A DNA stretch of 64,000 nucleotides from Mytilus trossulus. Taxonomy: Eukaryota. Of the stretch, positions 45,048 through 57,325 are shown piece by piece. The stretch is taken from NCBI RefSeq assembly GCF_036588685.1, contig NC_086373.1, positions 4,774,001 to 4,838,000 of the forward strand, given 5' to 3'. Each line of letters begins with the position of its first letter. The stretch's first letter is position 1. The notes below the pieces were generated by a model that saw nothing but the letters and a program-made list of their open reading frames with translations, searched no databases and had not been told where the DNA came from. The translations under genes were made by a program, and so were the position numbers.

Positions 45048-45644
45048 TTACTTCTTCTTTGGTGTCTTTGCCTTCTTTGGTTTAGCTGCAGCCTTTGTCT
45101 TCTTGGGAGATTTTGTGGCTTTCTTTGCAGATTTGGCAGCAGGTTTTGCAGCAGGTTTCTTTGCAGCTGGCTTCTTTGCTTTTGGTTTAGCTGCTTTCTT
45201 TTCACCTGCTGGTTTCTTTGCTGCAGGTTTCTTTGCGGCAGTCTTTTTGGTAGGTGTCTTTGCCTTCTTTGGCTTGGCTGCTTTAGGTTTAACTACTTTC
45301 TTTGCTGGTTTCTTAGCTGGTTTAGCTACTTCCCCAATCTTAAAGCTTCCAGAAGCGCCGGTACCCTTCGACTGTTTCAAGCTATTGCTCTTCACTCCTG
45401 ATTTCAGAGCTAACTTCAAGTGAGTGTTGACTGTTTTTGCATCGCTACCAACGCTGAAGTTTGCTAAGATATACTTGAGGATGGCTTGACGGCTGGAGCC
45501 TCCACGCTCTTTCAAAGCAGATATAGCCTTTCCGACCATCTCGCTGTATTTTGGATGAGTAGCTACTTTCTTTGGTTTAGCTGCAGCTTTCTTCTTTGGT
45601 GACTTAGCTGGGGTCTTTACTACTGGTGCTGGTGCGTCAGACAT
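45048..45644 (-). CDS. H1: Histone H1, 198 aa
   Basis: Same protein as 30687-31283. Confidence 0.98.
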   Translation of the reverse strand: MSDAPAPVVKTPAKSPKKKAAAKPKKVATHPKYSEMVGKAISALKERGGSSRQAILKYILANFSVGSDAKTVNTHLKLALKSGVKSNSLKQSKGTGASGSFKIGEVAKPAKKPAKKVVKPKAAKPKKAKTPTKKTAAKKPAAKKPAGEKKAAKPKAKKPAAKKPAAKPAAKSAKKATKSPKKTKAAAKPKKAKTPKKK

Positions 45645-46680
45645 TTTGCGGCTTTGGTTGTTGAACGATGTGTGCGAATGAACGACAGATTACAATGATA
45701 TGCAAAAATCACCGACAGTGTGTAATTATCAAACTAACGCGGACCTCGACGAGAGCACCCTTAAACTTTCATGACAATCTAATTCAAACAGATCGACAAG
45801 AAAATCTGTGTGCTTGTTCGACAAGTTTTAATCATTTGTTTCAAATAAATTGTACTTTTTGTTATATAAATGATACACGAAAATTTTCAGCAGGAATTTA
45901 TCTTTCAGAATATGTCATAAGAATTAAACAAAATACCACGAGTGAAGAAATATTTACGATTAATGTACAACTTGTCAATTTCACTCGTGCGATTCTTCAT
46001 CAGAAAACGTGTTGTATTATTTCACAAAAACTAGATTGTGCCGTAAAAATGATATAAATTTGTAGTAAAATCATTTCTTTATATGTTTTTGCTTTCAGAT
46101 ATACACAGAAATAAAGAGACTTCCCAGAAATTTAGATTTTGCCTTCGATATGAAAGCACACAAAGATGGCAAACTTCGAAACCGGGACTTCCTTGACCGA
46201 GATGAAAGACGTTTCAAATATTCGAAGTTTTTACTGGAACTTTACAAACTATAATTATTATTTATTGTTTATTATTTGTTTTTGCTATAATGAATTTTTG
46301 CTAATTAGAATCCTTTCAGAAAAAATGTGAATCATATAAGCCCTGGTCAAAAAGAAAGAGGCGATTTCAAATGACGACAAATGGCGGATACCATATTATC
46401 ACAGACGACCTTTCAAAGACCTAATTTAAAAATATATATATAGCCACATGCATGTGTAAGGAGTGGAATTCTTAAGTGTATATAACTTGACGTGCATGTA
46501 TTTCACTTAAAAATATTTCAACATGCAGATGGGTATTGAAAACTAAATAAATTTATGAATGATTTATTTTCTGTTTTCTTCATTGATAGCTAAATACATT
46601 GAATATTACATCCAAATAAATTAGTAAAAAAAATATTGAACCATTATGTTTGGTAGGAATACAAAATTATACGTAAAAAA

Positions 46681-46800
46681 ATGTCTACAACACCCGGTAT
46701 TCCCAGGCGGTCACCCATCCAAGTACTAACCGGGCTCGACGTTGCTTAACTTCGGTGATCGGACGAGAACCGGTGTTTTCAACGTGATATGGTCGTAGAC
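46681..46800 (-). rRNA. 5S: 5S rRNA
   Basis: Same 120-nt sequence. Confidence 0.98.
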
Positions 46801-46942
46801 ACAGAAGTGTTAAAATTTTTGATATATAAGGTTAGGTAGTAGCATTTTTGTCAAAAATTTATATATAATATTTTTTTTCAGAAGCAAAACTTTACACTAA
46901 TTATATGTTTGTTAGAAATGCAAAATTATAAGAACACAAAAA

Positions 46943-47062
46943 ATGTCTACAACACCCGGTATTCCCAGGCGGTCACCCATCCAAGTACTAACCGGGCTCG
47001 ACGTTGCTTAACTTCGGTGATCGGACGAGAACCGGTGTTTTCAACGTGATATGGTCGTAGAC
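46943..47062 (-). rRNA. 5S: 5S rRNA
   Basis: Same 120-nt sequence. Confidence 0.98.
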
Positions 47063-47389
47063 ACAGAAGTGTTAAATTTTTTGATATATAAAGTTAGGAA
47101 GTAGCAATTTTGAACAGATCAAGAATTTGTATAAAAAGATTTTTTTTCGGGTTTAAGATAGAAGCAAAACTAAATATTTACTGCACGATCCAGAGTGGAA
47201 GATAGTAAAACTTAGCAAGTTCACATGTAGTAGAAATAAATTGCAGAGAAGAAAGAGAGATTTAGAAAATGGGACAAGCTATATTTTATTTGTGACTAAT
47301 ACCATGCAACAATTTCAGATTCTTTTTGAAAAATTTTGGTAGCCCTTAAAAGGGCTGTTTAAGCTTTAAAAGCATCATGCTTCCTTCAT

Positions 47390-47986
47390 TTACTTCTTCT
47401 TTGGTGTCTTTGCCTTCTTTGGTTTAGCTGCAGCCTTTGTCTTCTTGGGAGATTTTGTGGCTTTCTTTGCAGATTTGGCAGCAGGTTTTGCAGCAGGTTT
47501 CTTTGCAGCTGGCTTCTTTGCTTTTGGTTTAGCTGCTTTCTTTTCACCTGCTGGTTTCTTTGCTGCAGGTTTCTTTGCGGCAGTCTTTTTGGTAGGTGTC
47601 TTTGCCTTCTTTGGCTTGGCTGCTTTAGGTTTAACTACTTTCTTTGCTGGTTTCTTAGCTGGTTTAGCTACTTCCCCAATCTTAAAGCTTCCAGAAGCGC
47701 CGGTACCCTTCGACTGTTTCAAGCTATTGCTCTTCACTCCTGATTTCAGAGCTAACTTCAAGTGAGTGTTGACTGTTTTTGCATCGCTACCAACGCTGAA
47801 GTTTGCTAAGATATACTTGAGGATGGCTTGACGGCTGGAGCCTCCACGCTCTTTCAAAGCAGATATAGCCTTTCCGACCATCTCGCTGTATTTTGGATGA
47901 GTAGCTACTTTCTTTGGTTTAGCTGCAGCTTTCTTCTTTGGTGACTTAGCTGGGGTCTTTACTACTGGTGCTGGTGCGTCAGACAT
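47390..47986 (-). CDS. H1: Histone H1, 198 aa
   Basis: Same protein as 30687-31283. Confidence 0.98.
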   Translation of the reverse strand: MSDAPAPVVKTPAKSPKKKAAAKPKKVATHPKYSEMVGKAISALKERGGSSRQAILKYILANFSVGSDAKTVNTHLKLALKSGVKSNSLKQSKGTGASGSFKIGEVAKPAKKPAKKVVKPKAAKPKKAKTPTKKTAAKKPAAKKPAGEKKAAKPKAKKPAAKKPAAKPAAKSAKKATKSPKKTKAAAKPKKAKTPKKK

Positions 47987-49022
47987 TTTGCGGCTTTGGT
48001 TGTTGAACGATGTGTGCGAATGAACGACAGATTACAATGATATGCAAAAATCACCGACAGTGTGTAATTATCAAACTAACGCGGACCTCGACGAGAGCAC
48101 CCTTAAACTTTCATGACAATCTAATTCAAACAGATCGACAAGAAAATCTGTGTGCTTGTTCGACAAGTTTTAATCATTTGTTTCAAATAAATTGTACTTT
48201 TTGTTATATAAATGATACACGAAAATTTTCAGCAGGAATTTATCTTTCAGAATATGTCATAAGAATTAAACAAAATACCACGAGTGAAGAAATATTTACG
48301 ATTAATGTACAACTTGTCAATTTCACTCGTGCGATTCTTCATCAGAAAACGTGTTGTATTATTTCACAAAAACTAGATTGTGCCGTAAAAATGATATAAA
48401 TTTGTAGTAAAATCATTTCTTTATATGTTTTTGCTTTCAGATATACACAGAAATAAAGAGACTTCCCAGAAATTTAGATTTTGCCTTCGATATGAAAGCA
48501 CACAAAGATGGCAAACTTCGAAACCGGGACTTCCTTGACCGAGATGAAAGACGTTTCAAATATTCGAAGTTTTTACTGGAACTTTACAAACTATAATTAT
48601 TATTTATTGTTTATTATTTGTTTTTGCTATAATGAATTTTTGCTAATTAGAATCCTTTCAGAAAAAATGTGAATCATATAAGCCCTGGTCAAAAAGAAAG
48701 AGGCGATTTCAAATGACGACAAATGGCGGATACCATATTATCACAGACGACCTTTCAAAGACCTAATTTAAAAATATATATATAGCCACATGCATGTGTA
48801 AGGAGTGGAATTCTTAAGTGTATATAACTTGACGTGCATGTATTTCACTTAAAAATATTTCAACATGCAGATGGGTATTGAAAACTAAATAAATTTATGA
48901 ATGATTTATTTTCTGTTTTCTTCATTGATAGCTAAATACATTGAATATTACATCCAAATAAATTAGTAAAAAAAATATTGAACCATTATGTTTGGTAGGA
49001 ATACAAAATTATACGTAAAAAA

Positions 49023-49142
49023 ATGTCTACAACACCCGGTATTCCCAGGCGGTCACCCATCCAAGTACTAACCGGGCTCGACGTTGCTTAACTTCGGTGA
49101 TCGGACGAGAACCGGTGTTTTCAACGTGATATGGTCGTAGAC
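49023..49142 (-). rRNA. 5S: 5S rRNA
   Basis: Same 120-nt sequence. Confidence 0.98.
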
Positions 49143-49284
49143 ACAGAAGTGTTAAAATTTTTGATATATAAGGTTAGGTAGTAGCATTTTTGTCAAAAAT
49201 TTATATATAATATTTTTTTTCAGAAGCAAAACTTTACACTAATTATATGTTTGTTAGAAATGCAAAATTATAAGAACACAAAAA

Positions 49285-49404
49285 ATGTCTACAACACCCG
49301 GTATTCCCAGGCGGTCACCCATCCAAGTACTAACCGGGCTCGACGTTGCTTAACTTCGGTGATCGGACGAGAACCGGTGTTTTCAACGTGATATGGTCGT
49401 AGAC
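49285..49404 (-). rRNA. 5S: 5S rRNA
   Basis: Same 120-nt sequence. Confidence 0.98.
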
Positions 49405-49731
49405 ACAGAAGTGTTAAATTTTTTGATATATAAAGTTAGGAAGTAGCAATTTTGAACAGATCAAGAATTTGTATAAAAAGATTTTTTTTCGGGTTTAAGA
49501 TAGAAGCAAAACTAAATATTTACTGCACGATCCAGAGTGGAAGATAGTAAAACTTAGCAAGTTCACATGTAGTAGAAATAAATTGCAGAGAAGAAAGAGA
49601 GATTTAGAAAATGGGACAAGCTATATTTTATTTGTGACTAATACCATGCAACAATTTCAGATTCTTTTTGAAAAATTTTGGTAGCCCTTAAAAGGGCTGT
49701 TTAAGCTTTAAAAGCATCATGCTTCCTTCAT

Positions 49732-50328
49732 TTACTTCTTCTTTGGTGTCTTTGCCTTCTTTGGTTTAGCTGCAGCCTTTGTCTTCTTGGGAGATTTTGT
49801 GGCTTTCTTTGCAGATTTGGCAGCAGGTTTTGCAGCAGGTTTCTTTGCAGCTGGCTTCTTTGCTTTTGGTTTAGCTGCTTTCTTTTCACCTGCTGGTTTC
49901 TTTGCTGCAGGTTTCTTTGCGGCAGTCTTTTTGGTAGGTGTCTTTGCCTTCTTTGGCTTGGCTGCTTTAGGTTTAACTACTTTCTTTGCTGGTTTCTTAG
50001 CTGGTTTAGCTACTTCCCCAATCTTAAAGCTTCCAGAAGCGCCGGTACCCTTCGACTGTTTCAAGCTATTGCTCTTCACTCCTGATTTCAGAGCTAACTT
50101 CAAGTGAGTGTTGACTGTTTTTGCATCGCTACCAACGCTGAAGTTTGCTAAGATATACTTGAGGATGGCTTGACGGCTGGAGCCTCCACGCTCTTTCAAA
50201 GCAGATATAGCCTTTCCGACCATCTCGCTGTATTTTGGATGAGTAGCTACTTTCTTTGGTTTAGCTGCAGCTTTCTTCTTTGGTGACTTAGCTGGGGTCT
50301 TTACTACTGGTGCTGGTGCGTCAGACAT
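49732..50328 (-). CDS. H1: Histone H1, 198 aa
   Basis: Same protein as 30687-31283. Confidence 0.98.
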   Translation of the reverse strand: MSDAPAPVVKTPAKSPKKKAAAKPKKVATHPKYSEMVGKAISALKERGGSSRQAILKYILANFSVGSDAKTVNTHLKLALKSGVKSNSLKQSKGTGASGSFKIGEVAKPAKKPAKKVVKPKAAKPKKAKTPTKKTAAKKPAAKKPAGEKKAAKPKAKKPAAKKPAAKPAAKSAKKATKSPKKTKAAAKPKKAKTPKKK

Positions 50329-52219
50329 TTTGCGGCTTTGGTTGTTGAACGATGTGTGCGAATGAACGACAGATTACAATGATATGCAAAAATCACCGAC
50401 AGTGTGTAATTATCAAACTAACGCGGACCTCGACGAGAGCACCCTTAAACTTTCATGACAATCTAATTCAAACAGATCGACAAGAAAATCTGTGTGCTTG
50501 TTCGACAAGTTTTAATCATTTGTTTCAAATAAATTGTACTTTTTGTTATATAAATGATACACGAAAATTTTCAGCAGGAATTTATCTTTCAGAATATGTC
50601 ATAAGAATTAAACAAAATACCACGAGTGAAGAAATATTTACGATTAATGTACAACTTGTCAATTTCACTCGTGCGATTCTTCATCAGAAAACGTGTTGTA
50701 TTATTTCACAAAAACTAGATTGTGCCGTAAAAATGATATAAATTTGTAGTAAAATCATTTCTTTATATGTTTTTGCTTTCAGATATACACAGAAATAAAG
50801 AGACTTCCCAGAAATTTAGATTTTGCCTTCGATATGAAAGCACACAAAGATGGCAAACTTCGAAACCGGGACTTCCTTGACCGAGATGAAAGACGTTTCA
50901 AATATTCGAAGTTTTTACTGGAACTTTACAAACTATAATTATTATTTATTGTTTATTATTTGTTTTTGCTATAATGAATTTTTGCTAATTAGAATCCTTT
51001 CAGAAAAAATGTGAATCATATAAGCCCTGGTCAAAAAGAAAGAGGCGATTTCAAATGACGACAAATGGCGGATACCATATTATCACAGACGACCTTTCAA
51101 AGACCTAATTTAAAAATATATATATAGCCACATGCATGTGTAAGGAGTGGAATTCTTAAGTGTATATAACTTGACGTGCATGTATTTCACTTAAAAATAT
51201 TTCAACATGCAGATGGGTATTGAAAACTAAATAAATTTATGAATGATTTATTTTCTGTTTTCTTCATTGATAGCTAAATACATTGAATATTACCACAGTG
51301 TAGATACTATTCTGTACGCTATCCGGAAGTCGCGATTTTCGAAGCGAGGATTTCAAACTGGCTAACAGAACGGTTTTGTTTTGGGTGCTTTTTCTCATCA
51401 TTTGTTTACTCCTATATCTATAAAGTGCTTTGCACATCTTAAATGTATGTACAACATCATAAATATCAGTAACTGTAACAAAAACATGCAGTAGAATATA
51501 AAATATACGCGTGCATCACACCAACTTCATAGAAAAAAGTGAAATCGATTTACAATTTTGCTCTCGTAGTACAAAGCAAATAATCTTTTATTGCAAATAT
51601 TTGCATCAGTTTACAGTAAAATATATACTGTTTCAATATTCCTACCGTATTTAAGTAGAATGTTCGTATTTCAAATAAAAAATATGTTTTCATTGAGGAT
51701 CCCAAAATAAATTACTGTACGATCAGTCTAAAACTGACTGTATTCTAGTAGCGATTTCAGATTTTTTGTCTGTATGACCAGTCGTGATTTTGAAGAAAAA
51801 AACAACAACAAATGGAAGTTTTTAACGACCTTGACTGAAAAACAACGGCAATTTGAAGGTATATACGTGTCTATGTGATATAATTTATGATTATGTCCAT
51901 GGAACTATAACGTGTAATCTCTTACAAATATATTTCTGATGATTTTTGTAGACGGCAAAATAATTATATTTTTGTTTCGTCAGTCTTACTTAAAATCAAA
52001 TGCCTATAAAGCAATACATGATTCGCTTGTGGACTTTGTATTAGTGTGTCGTTGCAGTTATCTGTTTAACTATTACATTTTTAAGACTATTTACACCGTC
52101 TACCGTTGACCAATTGGTGATTACATACATCAAGCATGTCTCTTTTAAAATGACAAAAAATAGATAGAGAAAGCTTTGTTTAAAACCTTTAGGTATTGAG
52201 GAAAGAATTAAAGAAATAA

Positions 52220-52810
52220 TACCCCGCCACTTCTATAGTCCATGTTTTGGAAAAAAATAAACCACCAGAAAAACTAAATTATAGGTACACAGGGGCATCA
52301 TTTAATAACGAATATGAGAAAGTTTATACTTTTATTAATACTAGTACTAGTATATGGTAAGTTTTTGAAAGTTGCGTATAGTAAGCGGGTACCACCCAAT
52401 AAGGTAGTGGAAAAGTCCATATCATGGAAATAAAAAACTTATGATTTTTCGAAAAACCAAAATAAGAGGTACACAATTGAATTAAATGATAAGGAATCTG
52501 AAAAATATTCATTAATTTATGACAAGTGTCTTAAGGAAGTTGTGGATATAAAATAGGTACGCCCAATATGAGGTTATGACAAAGTCCGTATTTTAGATAG
52601 AGAAACATCAAAAATATTTTTACAAAAAATTCGAAATAAAAGGTCCATAGTACATTAATAGATTAAAAATGGAGCGATTTTAGAAAAGTTTAACAATTCG
52701 TTTTGGAGGTCACAGTTGGAAATACCTGATGGGTGCCCCCATATAATGCAATGTTCAAGTCCGTATCTTATATAAAGAAACCCCTTAAAATATTTTTAAC
52801 AAAATAAGAA
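52220..52810 (+). repeat. Degenerate tandem repeat of about 175 bp, 3-4 units
   Basis: AGTCC anchors at 52237, 52414, 52583, 52758 and AGGT[A/C]CA anchors with similar spacing. Confidence 0.5.
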
Positions 52811-52831
52811 ATATATCCCTTTTTTTTATAT

Positions 52832-53028
52832 AAATAAGGCCGTTAATTTTCTCGTTTGAATTGTTTTACATTGTCATTTCGGGGCTTTTTATAGCCGACT
52901 TTGTGGTATTGGCTTTGCTTATTGTTGAAGGCCATACGGTGGCCTATATTTGTTAATAGCTGTGTCATTATGATCTCTTGTGGACGGTTGACTCATTGGC
53001 AATCATACCGCATCTTCTTTTTTATATT
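52832..53028. repeat. Nested short interspersed repeat resembling an abundant mussel element
   Basis: ...ctcattggcaatcataccgcatcttcttttttatat end and gaaggccatacggtggcctata core recognised from memory; related fragment near 53405-53432. Confidence 0.5.
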
Positions 53029-54274
53029 ATAATTTATGATACGGAATCCAAGTAAAAAATAATTAATAGTTATACCAGTGACGGATTCAAGAAAATTGGG
53101 ATCCGGCGGTTTGAAACTCTTTTTTAACTTTCAATGCATTTGTATGGGAACATATATTTGGAATCCTCTTTTCTCCTGGATTGGACCCCCTCTCCATTTA
53201 AAAATGTCTGGAAACCCCAATGTATATTAAATGGTTTATGAGGAGATGCGCTTGCAAAACCGGCGAAACATGTTGTTCCAGTCCAACGGACGAACGGAAA
53301 GACGGACATCATTATCACTATAAACCATCGCTTTACAAAGTGGTGTACAATTGAGTGTGAAAGAGACAGATCTACATCCAAAAACAAAGTGAAGGAACTG
53401 TGATCAATTATAGGCTACAGTACGGCCTCGAATGTTTGTAAATTCATGCATTTTTATATAGTAACAATTAAATCTGTGTGTTTATTCAATTTTAAGTATA
53501 ACGGATGACATTCCTGAAACTTCTATAAACAAACAAATTTTAACCTTCTTCTTATTTCAGCCACATTCAAACATCCTTATACTTAATGTAGTAAGTCGAG
53601 TACACCCTATCAAGCTAAAACATGTTTGAAAAGTTTACAGGATGTGCATTTATTAAAATATATTTGTGTTATTTAGAAAAATGACATCTTCTAATGTATC
53701 GTAAATAACTTTGAAATCACTACTAGAATACAGTGAAATAAAGACTGATCATACAGTTTCAAAATATACAAGCTCGACTGATCGTACAGTGAGAAATTCA
53801 AACAAGTGTAATTTTCTTATTTCTGGCTTCAACGATCTGGCTGAAACTTTTACCACCACTTAAAATATACTCTATTTAGTAAATTAAGTCTGGATTTTAC
53901 GTTAATTTGTACAGTAAGAGTGCAAAAAGATTGTATTTAGGTTCACCAACTGATTTTCCTTAGTGATGCACTTGGAAATCTCTTAATTAAGGCAAAGATA
54001 CGAATAATGAATGTGCTAAATTTAATTATAAACCATTTGTGAATATCGATGTCAGCTGAATTAATCATTAAGCAATGTACAGATGCACATCTTACCGTTT
54101 AATATAGTATATCCGACAAATTTGAAATGTGATCCAAAACGTTCTCGCTTCGAAAATCGCGACTTCCGGAAAGCGTACAGAATAGTATCTACACTGTGAT
54201 TACATCCAAATAAATTAGTAAAAAAAATATTGAACCATTATGTTTGGTAGGAATACAAAATTATACGTAAAAAA

Positions 54275-54394
54275 ATGTCTACAACACCCGGTATTCCCAG
54301 GCGGTCACCCATCCAAGTACTAACCGGGCTCGACGTTGCTTAACTTCGGTGATCGGACGAGAACCGGTGTTTTCAACGTGATATGGTCGTAGAC
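54275..54394 (-). rRNA. 5S: 5S rRNA
   Basis: Same 120-nt sequence. Confidence 0.98.
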
Positions 54395-54536
54395 ACAGAA
54401 GTGTTAAAATTTTTGATATATAAGGTTAGGTAGTAGCATTTTTGTCAAAAATTTATATATAATATTTTTTTTCAGAAGCAAAACTTTACACTAATTATAT
54501 GTTTGTTAGAAATGCAAAATTATAAGAACACAAAAA

Positions 54537-54656
54537 ATGTCTACAACACCCGGTATTCCCAGGCGGTCACCCATCCAAGTACTAACCGGGCTCGACGTTG
54601 CTTAACTTCGGTGATCGGACGAGAACCGGTGTTTTCAACGTGATATGGTCGTAGAC
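54537..54656 (-). rRNA. 5S: 5S rRNA
   Basis: Same 120-nt sequence. Confidence 0.98.
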
Positions 54657-54983
54657 ACAGAAGTGTTAAATTTTTTGATATATAAAGTTAGGAAGTAGCA
54701 ATTTTGAACAGATCAAGAATTTGTATAAAAAGATTTTTTTTCGGGTTTAAGATAGAAGCAAAACTAAATATTTACTGCACGATCCAGAGTGGAAGATAGT
54801 AAAACTTAGCAAGTTCACATGTAGTAGAAATAAATTGCAGAGAAGAAAGAGAGATTTAGAAAATGGGACAAGCTATATTTTATTTGTGACTAATACCATG
54901 CAACAATTTCAGATTCTTTTTGAAAAATTTTGGTAGCCCTTAAAAGGGCTGTTTAAGCTTTAAAAGCATCATGCTTCCTTCAT

Positions 54984-55580
54984 TTACTTCTTCTTTGGTG
55001 TCTTTGCCTTCTTTGGTTTAGCTGCAGCCTTTGTCTTCTTGGGAGATTTTGTGGCTTTCTTTGCAGATTTGGCAGCAGGTTTTGCAGCAGGTTTCTTTGC
55101 AGCTGGCTTCTTTGCTTTTGGTTTAGCTGCTTTCTTTTCACCTGCTGGTTTCTTTGCTGCAGGTTTCTTTGCGGCAGTCTTTTTGGTAGGTGTCTTTGCC
55201 TTCTTTGGCTTGGCTGCTTTAGGTTTAACTACTTTCTTTGCTGGTTTCTTAGCTGGTTTAGCTACTTCCCCAATCTTAAAGCTTCCAGAAGCGCCGGTAC
55301 CCTTCGACTGTTTCAAGCTATTGCTCTTCACTCCTGATTTCAGAGCTAACTTCAAGTGAGTGTTGACTGTTTTTGCATCGCTACCAACGCTGAAGTTTGC
55401 TAAGATATACTTGAGGATGGCTTGACGGCTGGAGCCTCCACGCTCTTTCAAAGCAGATATAGCCTTTCCGACCATCTCGCTGTATTTTGGATGAGTAGCT
55501 ACTTTCTTTGGTTTAGCTGCAGCTTTCTTCTTTGGTGACTTAGCTGGGGTCTTTACTACTGGTGCTGGTGCGTCAGACAT
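54984..55580 (-). CDS. H1: Histone H1, 198 aa
   Basis: Same protein as 30687-31283. Confidence 0.98.
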   Translation of the reverse strand: MSDAPAPVVKTPAKSPKKKAAAKPKKVATHPKYSEMVGKAISALKERGGSSRQAILKYILANFSVGSDAKTVNTHLKLALKSGVKSNSLKQSKGTGASGSFKIGEVAKPAKKPAKKVVKPKAAKPKKAKTPTKKTAAKKPAAKKPAGEKKAAKPKAKKPAAKKPAAKPAAKSAKKATKSPKKTKAAAKPKKAKTPKKK

Positions 55581-56616
55581 TTTGCGGCTTTGGTTGTTGA
55601 ACGATGTGTGCGAATGAACGACAGATTACAATGATATGCAAAAATCACCGACAGTGTGTAATTATCAAACTAACGCGGACCTCGACGAGAGCACCCTTAA
55701 ACTTTCATGACAATCTAATTCAAACAGATCGACAAGAAAATCTGTGTGCTTGTTCGACAAGTTTTAATCATTTGTTTCAAATAAATTGTACTTTTTGTTA
55801 TATAAATGATACACGAAAATTTTCAGCAGGAATTTATCTTTCAGAATATGTCATAAGAATTAAACAAAATACCACGAGTGAAGAAATATTTACGATTAAT
55901 GTACAACTTGTCAATTTCACTCGTGCGATTCTTCATCAGAAAACGTGTTGTATTATTTCACAAAAACTAGATTGTGCCGTAAAAATGATATAAATTTGTA
56001 GTAAAATCATTTCTTTATATGTTTTTGCTTTCAGATATACACAGAAATAAAGAGACTTCCCAGAAATTTAGATTTTGCCTTCGATATGAAAGCACACAAA
56101 GATGGCAAACTTCGAAACCGGGACTTCCTTGACCGAGATGAAAGACGTTTCAAATATTCGAAGTTTTTACTGGAACTTTACAAACTATAATTATTATTTA
56201 TTGTTTATTATTTGTTTTTGCTATAATGAATTTTTGCTAATTAGAATCCTTTCAGAAAAAATGTGAATCATATAAGCCCTGGTCAAAAAGAAAGAGGCGA
56301 TTTCAAATGACGACAAATGGCGGATACCATATTATCACAGACGACCTTTCAAAGACCTAATTTAAAAATATATATATAGCCACATGCATGTGTAAGGAGT
56401 GGAATTCTTAAGTGTATATAACTTGACGTGCATGTATTTCACTTAAAAATATTTCAACATGCAGATGGGTATTGAAAACTAAATAAATTTATGAATGATT
56501 TATTTTCTGTTTTCTTCATTGATAGCTAAATACATTGAATATTACATCCAAATAAATTAGTAAAAAAAATATTGAACCATTATGTTTGGTAGGAATACAA
56601 AATTATACGTAAAAAA

Positions 56617-56736
56617 ATGTCTACAACACCCGGTATTCCCAGGCGGTCACCCATCCAAGTACTAACCGGGCTCGACGTTGCTTAACTTCGGTGATCGGAC
56701 GAGAACCGGTGTTTTCAACGTGATATGGTCGTAGAC
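56617..56736 (-). rRNA. 5S: 5S rRNA
   Basis: Same 120-nt sequence. Confidence 0.98.
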
Positions 56737-56878
56737 ACAGAAGTGTTAAAATTTTTGATATATAAGGTTAGGTAGTAGCATTTTTGTCAAAAATTTATAT
56801 ATAATATTTTTTTTCAGAAGCAAAACTTTACACTAATTATATGTTTGTTAGAAATGCAAAATTATAAGAACACAAAAA

Positions 56879-56998
56879 ATGTCTACAACACCCGGTATTC
56901 CCAGGCGGTCACCCATCCAAGTACTAACCGGGCTCGACGTTGCTTAACTTCGGTGATCGGACGAGAACCGGTGTTTTCAACGTGATATGGTCGTAGAC
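56879..56998 (-). rRNA. 5S: 5S rRNA
   Basis: Same 120-nt sequence. Confidence 0.98.
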
Positions 56999-57325
56999 AC
57001 AGAAGTGTTAAATTTTTTGATATATAAAGTTAGGAAGTAGCAATTTTGAACAGATCAAGAATTTGTATAAAAAGATTTTTTTTCGGGTTTAAGATAGAAG
57101 CAAAACTAAATATTTACTGCACGATCCAGAGTGGAAGATAGTAAAACTTAGCAAGTTCACATGTAGTAGAAATAAATTGCAGAGAAGAAAGAGAGATTTA
57201 GAAAATGGGACAAGCTATATTTTATTTGTGACTAATACCATGCAACAATTTCAGATTCTTTTTGAAAAATTTTGGTAGCCCTTAAAAGGGCTGTTTAAGC
57301 TTTAAAAGCATCATGCTTCCTTCAT

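Larger units (their letters stand above)
51294..54198. mobile_element. Non-autonomous DNA transposon, 2905 bp, Transib/RAG-like termini
   Basis: 55-bp TIRs CACAGTGTAGATACTATTCTGTACGCT[A/T]TCCGGAAGTCGCGATTTTCGAAGCGAG (1 mismatch); TSD ATTAC at 51289-51293 and 54199-54203; empty site in other units; no transposase ORF. Confidence 0.93.

Noticed and set aside
53124-53387. 87-aa and 62-aa ORFs inside the DNA transposon as a transposase remnant
   Set aside because: No recognisable DDE, RAG1 or Transib motifs.
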